The notes below the pieces were generated by a model. That model saw nothing but the letters and a program-made list of their open reading frames with translations, did no database searches and had not been told where the DNA came from. Below are positions 1-8,796 of a stretch of DNA of 64,000 nucleotides, one piece after another. Location: IMG/VR virus record IMGVR_UViG_3300048066_000291, positions 19,142 to 83,141 of that record; one strand, 5' to 3'. Source of the stretch: a virus. The translations under genes and the position numbers were made by a program. Positions within the stretch are counted from its first letter, which is position 1. Each line of letters begins with the position of its first letter.

Positions 1-2458
1 GTTTACAAACAATAACTTTCATACCATCTACAATTTCTTGAGAATATTTATCACCGTTCATACGCTTCAATGTATTCCAGTTGATGCTTGCTCTTACGTG
101 CCCAGGCATGTTTGCTTTGCCTTGCTTTTGCTCAAGACGCTGATAGTGTCCAATTTTGTTTGCACGTTTGGGTGAACCTTTTTCCCAACCAGGACGTTCA
201 CTAAATTCCTTGCGGAACTCTGTAATACGTTCGAGCACATCTTCCTGCGGAACATCAGTAAGCACCATTAGTAATAGCTCTTTCAAAAAGTCTTGCATAA
301 ACACAGGCGTATCTGATCTACGCAAGTCTAAGCCCATTGCTTTTACTTTACCTGCTTTGCCGTCAATGTCAGTTCTAAAACCTTCATTGTCAATTACTAG
401 TGCCGCATAACGCTTCTTAGTAATATACAAACCAGATTGTGCAATAATTTCTCTACCTGCCGCAATAACATCGCTACGTGACTTTGGACAATGAAATGCT
501 TGCATCATAAAGTCTGGAAATGTTGTATTTGCTTGCTCACATACTTGATCCATCAGTGCAATACACTTTTCTTTAGACCATTCTAGTTTGCCAGCATCTA
601 CATCATCTTTGAGCAACGGCCAAGCACTAAAGTAACAAGAATCAGTATCACCATAGATCATTGCTTTGCCTACGTGATCATATTCGCCTGTAATGCAGTT
701 GTTTACTTCAGCACTCATATGCTTAACAATACTACGACCTGTTAGTGTAGTAGACTGACCAATACGCTTATCATAAAAACGACACCCAGGATTGAGAATA
801 GCGCCGTACAAGCTATTAAGATTAATTTTTTTAACAAGTTGTCTTTTATCCCAATATTCAATTTCTGCATCAAGATTTGCATCTTTTGCTTTTTTTAGTT
901 TCTTTTGCAGTTCTTTACGTTCTGCATACCAACGTGTTAAGATACCTGGAATAACACCTTCAAACTCTGTTGTAAAGATTGTACCATTAGCACTAAGCAT
1001 CCAAGGCATTTGACTGTCAAATATAAGTTGAAATATCTCTGCACCGCTTAGTACGTCTGTTCGGCCGTCTTCCCAGTCAACTGTAAGTGCAATATCTTTG
1101 CGTTGCGCCATAACTGCTTCGTATTCTTCTGTACTAAAGCGTCCTTCCCAACTGCCTGCAAAAGACTTTTTCTTTAGTGTCATATCTTCATGCACACGGG
1201 CTTCACTAATCTCAGGACGTATTTGTCCAATAATAGTTTCTGGAGCCATATTTAATGCACGAATCACACTTGGATACAGACTGTTTAAGTCCATACTAGC
1301 AATCCACTTGTGCAAGCCTTTCTTAGGAAACGCAACATATGCACCAGCAGCCTGTGTGCTTTCACTATCGTCGCGCTTTGGTCTATTAGGAACTTGAAGT
1401 CCTCTATTGTGTGCTTCGTTAACAATACCTTGCTCTGTAACAGCAACAGCACCCATAGTAGTCTGTAGTAATACAGTGTTTTCATGTGCAATTGAATTAC
1501 TAAGATCAATAAAGCGTAGCTTCTTGTCTAGTTTGTCAAGTAGTGCAGTATCTTGAATGTTATATTCAATAAACTTACGGAAGTCGTTGTTGTATAATTG
1601 ATCAAGTGTACCTTCATATGGCACTTTGTTTTCACCAACTTCAATTTCACCAATAGCATCTAATCGATATGTGTGACGTTCTTCATATGTATACTTACGA
1701 TACAGTTCTAAACTGTCTAAATGTACACGACCTACTAAATCAAATGTAACTGCTTGCTTCCCATACTTTTCATATTCACGTTTCTTAGGCAATTGCCCCC
1801 ACAAACAAAAACGTCTTGTGTCGTCTTTGCTTAGTACACGCATAGTTCTGTTTACAGTATACGGAATATCATATCCCTCACTGTTCCAACCTGATAAAAT
1901 ATCAGCATCTTCAATTAGTGTTAAGAACGTGTCAATCATATCACCTTCACGTTCAAACAGCATTACATTGTCAATGCCTTCTAGTTCTTTTTCAGCTTGT
2001 TCCATTGTAAGTGTCTTAGGCGGAACTGCCAAACATACCATTGTTTCTAGCCACTGCAAATACACAGAGATACTTGTAATAGGCATAAACGGATCTGCAG
2101 GATCAGCAAATCCTTTCTCTGGATCAAAGTCTGTCTCAATATCAAAGAAAGCAATGTTTAGTTTAGGAGCATCTTGATTAAGATAATTCTCACTTAAACA
2201 TTGGAATATAGGATTAATGTCACTTTCAAACAAGTTCTTACCCTTGTTAATAGCAACTTCTTTGCGGAAGTCTTTTGTGTTTTTACACACAATACGACTT
2301 AGAGGATCACCGTACATACTTTTGTACTTGCCTCTTTGATCTTCATAATAAAAAGTGTATTTTGCTTGATATTCACGGAAAGTTCTCTTTCCGTCTTTAC
2401 GTTCGACTACTCGAATAATATCTTGATCGCGATCAAACATCGCATCAACGTATGGCAT
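1..2458 (-). CDS. polB: Family B DNA polymerase (T4 gp43-like); 3' end lies beyond the window
   Basis: Not in the ORF track because it has no stop in the window. Manual translation from ATG 2458 (SD AAGGAG upstream) gives MPYVDAMFDRDQD..., exonuclease I motif FFDIETD, motif A SMDLNSLYPS, motif B QLVKKINLNSLYG and motif C IYGDTDS. Confidence 0.97.
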   Translation of the reverse strand, partial: MPYVDAMFDRDQDIIRVVERKDGKRTFREYQAKYTFYYEDQRGKYKSMYGDPLSRIVCKNTKDFRKEVAINKGKNLFESDINPIFQCLSENYLNQDAPKLNIAFFDIETDFDPEKGFADPADPFMPITSISVYLQWLETMVCLAVPPKTLTMEQAEKELEGIDNVMLFEREGDMIDTFLTLIEDADILSGWNSEGYDIPYTVNRTMRVLSKDDTRRFCLWGQLPKKREYEKYGKQAVTFDLVGRVHLDSLELYRKYTYEERHTYRLDAIGEIEVGENKVPYEGTLDQLYNNDFRKFIEYNIQDTALLDKLDKKLRFIDLSNSIAHENTVLLQTTMGAVAVTEQGIVNEAHNRGLQVPNRPKRDDSESTQAAGAYVAFPKKGLHKWIASMDLNSLYPSVIRALNMAPETIIGQIRPEISEARVHEDMTLKKKSFAGSWEGRFSTEEYEAVMAQRKDIALTVDWEDGRTDVLSGAEIFQLIFDSQMPWMLSANGTIFTTEFEGVIPGILTRWYAERKELQKKLKKAKDANLDAEIEYWDKRQLVKKINLNSLYGAILNPGCRFYDKRIGQSTTLTGRSIVKHMSAEVNNCITGEYDHVGKAMIYGDTDSCYFSAWPLLKDDVDAGKLEWSKEKCIALMDQVCEQANTTFPDFMMQAFHCPKSRSDVIAAGREIIAQSGLYITKKRYAALVIDNEGFRTDIDGKAGKVKAMGLDLRRSDTPVFMQDFLKELLLMVLTDVPQEDVLERITEFRKEFSERPGWEKGSPKRANKIGHYQRLEQKQGKANMPGHVRASINWNTLKRMNGDKYSQEIVDGMKVIVCK

Positions 2459-2535
2459 TCATTTCTCCTTGTTGTTTGTGGCCAACATAACCTTTAACCT
2501 GTTCGTAAGTGAACGACTCTAACATATATATGCTA

Positions 2536-2817
2536 TCATATAAAAAATAGTTGATATAATGAATATGCATTCATTGCTGTAAACCAACTACATAATACAA
2601 TAACAAATGCTGCTTTTCTAATTACAGCACTTACAATACCTAGTATACTACCTATAAGATACATTGGAACAAATGTCTTGGTAGCAGGATCTAAGATAGT
2701 AAAGGCCAAAACAGCACTTGCACCAATAAGCAATACTGCTTCGACCATTTCAGCGTAAAACGCTACTGGACTAGTTTTATAACTTTCTTTAAAGAAATGT
2801 CCTATTGTTTTAATCAC
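2536..2817 (-). CDS. Small multi-pass membrane protein
   Basis: 93 aa with about 3 hydrophobic segments; overlaps the upstream stop by 4 bp. Confidence 0.75.
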   Translation of the reverse strand: MIKTIGHFFKESYKTSPVAFYAEMVEAVLLIGASAVLAFTILDPATKTFVPMYLIGSILGIVSAVIRKAAFVIVLCSWFTAMNAYSLYQLFFI

Positions 2818-3074
2818 TTATCGTAACCTAATGTAGTAATAATTGTTTCTAGATCGTCATATGCATCAGCATGTGAATCCCAATCACGTTTTTGTGCAAT
2901 TTTAATTGCTTTGTTAATAAGACTTGGTTTGATATCCATTTCTTCTGCAACAGCTTTTACTGTTTCTTTTAGACCTGTGTTTAGATCTTCTACTTCCTGC
3001 AATACTGTTACGCCTTCTTTGACAAGACGTTCTAGTTTTGCTTTTTCTTCTGCTCCGTAGGTGCGACTACCCAT
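2814..3074 (-). CDS. dsDNA-binding protein (T4 DsbA/GapR-like)
   Basis: 86-aa helical protein, LQEVEDLNTGLKETVKAVAEEMDIKPSLINKAIKIA pattern; good SD (AGGAG). Confidence 0.6.
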   Translation of the reverse strand: MGSRTYGAEEKAKLERLVKEGVTVLQEVEDLNTGLKETVKAVAEEMDIKPSLINKAIKIAQKRDWDSHADAYDDLETIITTLGYDK

Positions 3075-3109
3075 TACTATTCTCCTATTAATAGTTTATA
3101 TTAAGTTAT

Positions 3110-3138
3110 ATTATACGATATATTTAGAGGTTTGTCAA
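3110..3138 (-). promoter_or_regulatory. Sigma70-type (early) promoter for the dsbA-like to polB operon
   Basis: TTGACA-17 bp-TATAAT, perfect consensus, intergenic. Confidence 0.85.
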
Positions 3139-3142
3139 GTGT

Positions 3143-3775
3143 TTAAAACACTTTTTTGTTATCAAAAGCACGTTCCCAGCCAAAAAATTGTGCTTTATAA
3201 TCTGAATGATCATCGGAGCTTAGGTTCTCCCATTCATCTTTACGCTGGTATAAACGCATTGCGCCGTCATACCAGTCTGTGTTATCTATGATTGCTTCTA
3301 AGCGTTCTTTTGCATCTAATGCTTCTTCTATATTATCGAAGTCTTGTTCGATATGAATCACTTCCATTACTACATTGTGTGTAACATAGTCTAATGAAAA
3401 GTCAATACCCCATTTTGGTTTGATGTTTAGTAATTTTTGAAGTATTGGACGATTAACACAAACTTCTTCTAATTGTTGTCTAGCTGCACCTGCAAATGCA
3501 TAACGAGTTAGCAACATACAATGATCTAATACTAGCCCGTGTTCACTTTGTTCTGTATCGTGATACCATTCTTGCACAGGTGCTATATGATATTGTATTT
3601 CTCTATTAAGCTCGACACCGTTTTCTTCATAATGCAAATGTTCTAAAGGTGTTGGAACCTCATAACCATCTTTGTCAAAGTCTTTGAATGGAAGTGTTTC
3701 TACTAAATGGTTTTGTATAGGTTTGGTTAAGAAAGGTGTGTGAGTAAATGTTGGATTAAGATTTACTAATTGCAT
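3143..3775 (-). CDS. Hypothetical phage protein
   Basis: 210-aa ORF in operon context; no motif recognised. Confidence 0.8.
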   Translation of the reverse strand: MQLVNLNPTFTHTPFLTKPIQNHLVETLPFKDFDKDGYEVPTPLEHLHYEENGVELNREIQYHIAPVQEWYHDTEQSEHGLVLDHCMLLTRYAFAGAARQQLEEVCVNRPILQKLLNIKPKWGIDFSLDYVTHNVVMEVIHIEQDFDNIEEALDAKERLEAIIDNTDWYDGAMRLYQRKDEWENLSSDDHSDYKAQFFGWERAFDNKKVF

Positions 3776-4352
3776 TTAACTTTGCCCATAACTCGTCTTT
3801 GATCGACTCAGTAGCATAGTTTGCTTTGTGTTTCATTTTGCCAGCTTTAGCATCTTTTTTCTTATCTTTGTGTGCGCCCATTGCTCCACTCTTACGCAAA
3901 TCATTCATGTACTGTGCATTAGGATCACGAGCTTTAATAACTTTATCTTTAGTTGCTTCTGCTAACATTACTTCTAACTGTGCAACACGAGCTTCTAACT
4001 GTGCAATTCGGTCATCATCTTCGCCTACAAGTTTATCTTTTAACGGATGTTTAGTACGTCCAGGCTTTGCACTAGGCATTGGATCTTTACCCTTTGCCTG
4101 CCCTGCAGAACCTTTCTTTTGTGATTCAGTAAGTGCAACACCTGCTAGAGCAGCAAAGTCACCTAAACTGTAGTCACCTTCAACTGGCATAGTACCTTCT
4201 TTTACTTCAACACTTTCTTGCACATAATTTACAGTCTCTGCTACATTTCCCTGCGCCTGACTGCTTGCCGACTCAGTTAGTTTGCGCAAGTCTTCTGCTG
4301 GATCAGTTGGATCTAGTGCAAATAGTTTATGTTGTAGTGCATTGTAGTCCAT
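3756..4352 (-). CDS. Putative internal head/core protein
   Basis: Alternating acidic and Lys-rich blocks; many (L/V)xE-(S/G/A) sites (LTES, VQES, VKEG, LTES, LAEA); LAG motif. Confidence 0.55.
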   Translation of the reverse strand: MDYNALQHKLFALDPTDPAEDLRKLTESASSQAQGNVAETVNYVQESVEVKEGTMPVEGDYSLGDFAALAGVALTESQKKGSAGQAKGKDPMPSAKPGRTKHPLKDKLVGEDDDRIAQLEARVAQLEVMLAEATKDKVIKARDPNAQYMNDLRKSGAMGAHKDKKKDAKAGKMKHKANYATESIKDELWAKLNAISKS

Positions 4353-4354
4353 GA

Positions 4355-5041
4355 TTAATCACACTTGCACGAGCCAGGCTGGCCACGCGGTACTCCTGCT
4401 ACTTTACGACAGCCTTTCCAGCACTTCTTATAGATTTTGCTGTTGCCGTGACGCTTGCCTTCTTCAAGATCTGCAAGTTCTTTCTTTTCAGAAGCAGTTA
4501 GCATTGCTTTGCCGCATTCGTTACAAGTTTGTTCAGACTCAGAAAGTTTTGATGCTAATCTATCTTGGAGTGATTCTTTTCTAAGACTAGTTTTTTTCTT
4601 TTTGCCACTTGCTTTGCCGGCATGTACTGCTTTACGGTGTGCATCTGATTTAAACTTACCTTCTTCAACCTTTGGGTCATTACAATTGCAATGCTCGCAA
4701 TCTGCAGGACATTTACAGTCTTCTCTTTTAAGCTCTGCACCGCAACATTTATCTGAACAATGAGTATCTTTCTTTGATTCTCCTAATTGCCCGCCGTCGT
4801 GTGCCATATCATAATCAAGTGAGTGATATACAGAACCTAAATAGTCTGCGGCTTTTGTAATTTTAGCTTGTTGCCAACCTTCAATACCTTCAGCTTCAGA
4901 AACAGTTTTAAGCATTTCATGTAGTTTGATAGCATACTTTGCTAGTTTATAAAGATCGGCACGAGCCATTTGAACTTCATGGTCGCGTTCAGCAACGTCA
5001 GCTAGTTCGCCTAATCCTTCTTCAATTTCTTGTTTTCTCAT
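4355..5041 (-). CDS. Putative internal head protein with Cys-rich and basic modules
   Basis: N-terminus MRKQEIEEG; modules separated by LGES, VEEG, LSES, LEEG; one block with 8 Cys. Confidence 0.55.
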   Translation of the reverse strand: MRKQEIEEGLGELADVAERDHEVQMARADLYKLAKYAIKLHEMLKTVSEAEGIEGWQQAKITKAADYLGSVYHSLDYDMAHDGGQLGESKKDTHCSDKCCGAELKREDCKCPADCEHCNCNDPKVEEGKFKSDAHRKAVHAGKASGKKKKTSLRKESLQDRLASKLSESEQTCNECGKAMLTASEKKELADLEEGKRHGNSKIYKKCWKGCRKVAGVPRGQPGSCKCD

Positions 5042-5052
5042 TGGTTGCTCCG

Positions 5053-5343
5053 TTATCTCTTAACCGCTTTTTTCTTTTTCTTTGACCCAGGCGCACGTTT
5101 AATAGTACCAACGCCACCGCCTACAAATCCATTACCTCCACCCATACTAGATGCTACATCACCAGCAGTTGTTTCAGTTTTAACTTTAGTTTTTTTCTTT
5201 TGGTCTTTTTTATCTTTATCTTTTTCACCTGCGTCTTTCAACCCAGCCTTAAATGGAGATACTACAGCATCACGATCGTTGTATTTCTTAAAGCCATGCT
5301 TTACAGAATCTACAAACCCTTCGTCAATTTCATGCATTTTCAT
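5053..5343 (-). CDS. Small Lys/Gly-rich putative internal head protein
   Basis: N-terminus MKMHEIDEG; very basic; late promoter and SD AAGGAG upstream. Confidence 0.6.
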   Translation of the reverse strand: MKMHEIDEGFVDSVKHGFKKYNDRDAVVSPFKAGLKDAGEKDKDKKDQKKKTKVKTETTAGDVASSMGGGNGFVGGGVGTIKRAPGSKKKKKAVKR

Positions 5344-5361
5344 AGTATACTCCTTATAGTA

Positions 5362-5369
5362 TATTTATC
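5362..5369 (-). promoter_or_regulatory. T4-like late promoter GATAAATA
   Basis: Recurrent motif, 18 bp upstream of the ATG at 5343. Confidence 0.7.
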
Positions 5370-5541
5370 TAGTTAAGTTAACTTTGTAATTTTTCCAGTA
5401 CTGGTTGCGTTCATTAGTACTTGTTGCATTTGCTTCGTGTTCTTTATATTTTTCAATATAATGATCTAAATTATTTCTATTTTCATACTCTAACCATTCG
5501 CTACTATATCCAATTTGCTTATGACCAGAATCCCAAACCAC
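5365..5541 (-). CDS. Small hypothetical protein (58 aa, GTG start)
   Basis: Manual translation (M)VWDSGHKQIGYSSEW...KVNLTR; fills the gap exactly; TAGTG stop/start overlap. Confidence 0.6.
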   Translation of the reverse strand: MVWDSGHKQIGYSSEWLEYENRNNLDHYIEKYKEHEANATSTNERNQYWKNYKVNLTR

Positions 5542-5732
5542 TATCTTTGATCCAATATGTTTTGCATTGTTTTAGTTGCTGTTTCAGTAAAGAAGCGTGG
5601 AGCAACACTGTGTACTACTAGTGCTGGTACAAGTAATTGCAATTTTACGGCTGTTGTTAATGCAGCCTTCATATGTTCTAATCCTGTTTCACCTTTTTCA
5701 TCTAGGTGTAATTTACATTGTTTACTAAACAT
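5541..5732 (-). CDS. Small hypothetical protein (His-spaced helical family)
   Basis: 63 aa, HL..GE...H...HS..P.FF pattern; translationally coupled to neighbours. Confidence 0.7.
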   Translation of the reverse strand: MFSKQCKLHLDEKGETGLEHMKAALTTAVKLQLLVPALVVHSVAPRFFTETATKTMQNILDQR

Positions 5733-6472
5733 TATTTCTTCTTTCTACCTGACTTCATATTTGCACACCAGTGATACATTTTAGCCTTTTCACCACTTGC
5801 GTTCTTAGCACGTTTGCGTAGTGCTGTAACTGATCCATTGCAACTAGCACCAGACTTTTTTACTCTGCCTGGTCTGCTTTTGCCTTTTTTCTTACCGTCA
5901 GCAAAGTTTTCATCTACATGTGCATCATCACCTGGTTTATCAGCATCTTGTGTTTTGTATCCTGCTTTTTTAAGACCTTTCTTAAGATGGTCTTTTTCTT
6001 TCTTACCACCAAACGGAACAATCATTACATCTGGTTCGTCTCTGTTGTCACTTTTCTTAGCATTTGATAAGTTAGAAATAGTTTTTCCTACTCTTAAAAA
6101 GTCATATGCAGTATCTGACTTTGATAAAAATGTGTTTTTTGGATTGTCAATAGCTTGTCCTTCGTCTAGTGTACGTGCATTTAAATGACCTAAATGTTCG
6201 TCAATATGTAGTGCAAGTTCGAAGTCAAGTTGTGTAAGACCACCTACATCGTGTGTGTATACCATTAAGATAAGTTCGTTATAGAACACTCCAATATCAG
6301 CAAAATGATCTAGTTCAATCTGCGGGTCTTTAATCATTTGTAAAAATTCTAATGCTTGATTATAATCATCAAACGCTACTTTTTTATATAAGTATTTTCC
6401 TTTACGTATCTCCCAATCAGGAGTAAACTTTGCACGTATTGGTTCTGCTTGTTTTATATCTAACTTCTTCAT
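5732..6472 (-). CDS. Pterin-4a-carbinolamine dehydratase-like domain fused to basic C-terminal modules
   Basis: First ~95 aa contain W..., F.DY..A..F, THDVGGLT.LDF.LA..ID (PCD signature). The canonical HHP is replaced by DHF. The tail is Lys-rich. Confidence 0.75.
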   Translation of the reverse strand: MKKLDIKQAEPIRAKFTPDWEIRKGKYLYKKVAFDDYNQALEFLQMIKDPQIELDHFADIGVFYNELILMVYTHDVGGLTQLDFELALHIDEHLGHLNARTLDEGQAIDNPKNTFLSKSDTAYDFLRVGKTISNLSNAKKSDNRDEPDVMIVPFGGKKEKDHLKKGLKKAGYKTQDADKPGDDAHVDENFADGKKKGKSRPGRVKKSGASCNGSVTALRKRAKNASGEKAKMYHWCANMKSGRKKK

Positions 6473-6669
6473 TTTACAAGCCCTAAATTAAATAGTACAT
6501 TAGTACTTTTACCTTTAACTTTTTTACTTAGTGTAGGAGGACGTCCGTCTTTGTCTACTTTATTGCCAAACTTAGCAGCCTGTTTAGTAACTTCGTCGGG
6601 ACCTACATCAACAGTTTGATTCTGTTTAGTAATACGTCCAACAGCTTCTAATAATTCATTTACTTTCAT
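6469..6669 (-). CDS. Small putative internal head protein
   Basis: Start moved to MKVNELLEA (TAATG overlap). Confidence 0.6.
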   Translation of the reverse strand: MKVNELLEAVGRITKQNQTVDVGPDEVTKQAAKFGNKVDKDGRPPTLSKKVKGKSTNVLFNLGLVK

Positions 6670-6917
6670 TACCAAACCTTAATTACATGAAAATCAACAG
6701 GTTTTAAAAATTTAATTTCATTTCTACGTTGATTCAAGTCTATAAAAACAAAGTGCTTTGGGTTAGTTTTAATTAACTTCTTTGCTTTATATCTTTTTTC
6801 CTTCCAAGTTTCAGTTCTAGCACCATCTTGATGTACTGTTACTGTATCAGCTACCCAAATAATAAGTTCGTATTCTTCGAGCCAAAACTCGTTCCACCAC
6901 TTTTTTATTTTACTCAC
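6669..6917 (-). CDS. Hypothetical protein
   Basis: 82-aa ORF coupled to both neighbours. Confidence 0.7.
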   Translation of the reverse strand: MSKIKKWWNEFWLEEYELIIWVADTVTVHQDGARTETWKEKRYKAKKLIKTNPKHFVFIDLNQRRNEIKFLKPVDFHVIKVW

Positions 6918-7126
6918 TTTTTATTACGTCCTCTAAAAGTATGTCCTGTCATATAAGGTTTTGAAAACCACAATTCAAACCATTCTTTGTCGCCCGGCTT
7001 AATATTATTTGCTTTTTCTTTTTTCTTTAGTTCTGTAGCAGTTTGGCTCATGTCTTCAAGAGTGTATTCTGTATACCCTTTAAATTCATTTACCCCTGCT
7101 AGTTGTTTAAGCCTTTCAATATCCAT
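6914..7126 (-). CDS. Small putative internal head protein
   Basis: N-terminus MDIERLKQLAGVNE; coupled ORF. Confidence 0.6.
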   Translation of the reverse strand: MDIERLKQLAGVNEFKGYTEYTLEDMSQTATELKKKEKANNIKPGDKEWFELWFSKPYMTGHTFRGRNKK

Positions 7127-7866
7127 TATTTTTTAGCCATCTTAGTTGCAGTCGCATACATTACTGCGTCAGCATCTTTACCGTAACGCTTTTTAAATCC
7201 AGCCTTTCCTTTTTTCATACCTTTTACAATACGTTCTTTTTCTTTTTCTTCACCTTTGCTAAGTTCGCGCTCTGTTGTTGCAGGTTCAGCAACGCCCATA
7301 CCTTTGCGTACTGCATCGTACATAGTTTTAGCAAGTCTCTTATCTGGAGCACCTTGTGCAAACGATTCTAAATCACCAGCGGCTGCTGCTGCTCTCATTT
7401 TACTTGCACTCATACCTTCAGCACCGTCAGCATCTGGATCACGCTCGCCTGCGCTTACTACTTTAATTGAATTAAATTTAAAAGGAACATTACCTGCTTT
7501 ATCAGGTTGTCCGTTGTAAGTGTCGAATAGTTTTTGGAAACTATCTACTCTATCACTGCCCGCAATAAACACAATATCAGTATAGCCTAGACTTTGTAGT
7601 TTCTCTAATGCTTGTATAGGTGTACGTACTGCCTGGTGTCCAATGTTAATGCCGGGGAAAAACTGCTTTGCTAACTTCATTTTAGTAGCAAAGTCTAATG
7701 GATCTGTTTTAGGTTTTTGTGTTTGTGACAAGAAAAGGTAGTGGTCACCGTCTTGTGAAGTTATAGCGTCGACTAATTTAGCATGACCAATTGTTGGAGG
7801 ATTTAAACGTCCAAATGCAAGAACTGCCTTCTTTGTCGGTGCTTCAAACAGTTCTCTCAAAAACAT
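7126..7866 (-). CDS. HIGH-superfamily nucleotidyltransferase (phage 'cytidylyltransferase') with a basic C-terminal module
   Basis: FGRLNPPTIGH, GSDR and MSASKMR motifs; N-terminus MFLRELFEA. Confidence 0.85.
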   Translation of the reverse strand: MFLRELFEAPTKKAVLAFGRLNPPTIGHAKLVDAITSQDGDHYLFLSQTQKPKTDPLDFATKMKLAKQFFPGINIGHQAVRTPIQALEKLQSLGYTDIVFIAGSDRVDSFQKLFDTYNGQPDKAGNVPFKFNSIKVVSAGERDPDADGAEGMSASKMRAAAAAGDLESFAQGAPDKRLAKTMYDAVRKGMGVAEPATTERELSKGEEKEKERIVKGMKKGKAGFKKRYGKDADAVMYATATKMAKK

Positions 7867-8195
7867 TAGTATGCTCCATCTTTGATTTGCTTCATTTCCT
7901 CGCCGTATAATTTGTTCATAATTAACTGCTTATCTTCTGGCTTAAAAACGTTTTCAGGAGAACCTAATTTAAATTTTTTACAATAAGAGTTCATTCCCTC
8001 TGAACAAGTGCTTTCCAAACAACTACTTTCATTAGGTGTTTCACCTCGATCATACGAGTCTTTCATTTTCATAATTGCTGGAAATAAACTTTTACGATAG
8101 AACATAGGATCGTTACGCATGTAAATGCATACATCATCAACTACATCAAATGGTAATCGGTCATCCATAGGCTTTGCAAATTCATCAATACGCAT
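7866..8195 (-). CDS. Hypothetical protein
   Basis: Start moved to MRIDEF (ATG 8195), immediately after the upstream stop. Confidence 0.7.
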   Translation of the reverse strand: MRIDEFAKPMDDRLPFDVVDDVCIYMRNDPMFYRKSLFPAIMKMKDSYDRGETPNESSCLESTCSEGMNSYCKKFKLGSPENVFKPEDKQLIMNKLYGEEMKQIKDGAY

Positions 8196-8196
8196 A

Positions 8197-8787
8197 TTAC
8201 CACTTCCTACATGACCAGTAACGTGCCTTTGTGCGTGGTCCTGGATTATCACAGTTGTGTCTTGCTCTAAAGCTCTTACGTCTTTTGGGATTATTTTTCT
8301 TAATGCTCATTGCTTTGCCTTTAACACTTGAGCCACCGTGTCCAAAGTTTACTTTCTTTACGTTACCTGTTTTAGGATCTTTTACATATACCTTAAACTT
8401 CTTAACGTCACCTTGCATAGGCTTGCCTAGTTTAACTTTGCGACCTTGATACTCTGCTTCGTCCATCGGATCATCATCTAAGTTGTAATGTAGCATACCA
8501 TATGCTTCAAAAAACTCATCATCGTCATCATATGTTTCTTCATCAACATAAGATCCTTCTGATCCCATCTCAATATCAAAATCTTCGTAACCATTTTCAA
8601 ACATAACATTTGCTAATCGATTAGCATATTCGTCTGCTTCTGATTCTGTTAATTCACGAGGCAATTCAAATTGAAATACAGTACAGTCTTGTGCTGTTTC
8701 ATATATTTCCTGTGAAGGAAAGATGCTTTCATCTAATTTAGATGCACCTTCTACCTTATCCATTACTACTCTTACAAAATACTCCAT
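8197..8787 (-). CDS. Bipartite acidic/basic putative head protein
   Basis: Acidic N-terminal half, then MDE-A, then a very basic domain KKVNFG...RRKSFRARHNC...YWSCRKW of a type common in T4-like marine phages. Confidence 0.7.
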   Translation of the reverse strand: MEYFVRVVMDKVEGASKLDESIFPSQEIYETAQDCTVFQFELPRELTESEADEYANRLANVMFENGYEDFDIEMGSEGSYVDEETYDDDDEFFEAYGMLHYNLDDDPMDEAEYQGRKVKLGKPMQGDVKKFKVYVKDPKTGNVKKVNFGHGGSSVKGKAMSIKKNNPKRRKSFRARHNCDNPGPRTKARYWSCRKW

Positions 8788-8796
8788 TTTAAATCC

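Noticed and set aside
3075-3138. RBS-occluding hairpin at the dsbA-like promoter
   Set aside because: Only 3-4 contiguous pairs are possible, which is not distinguishable from chance.
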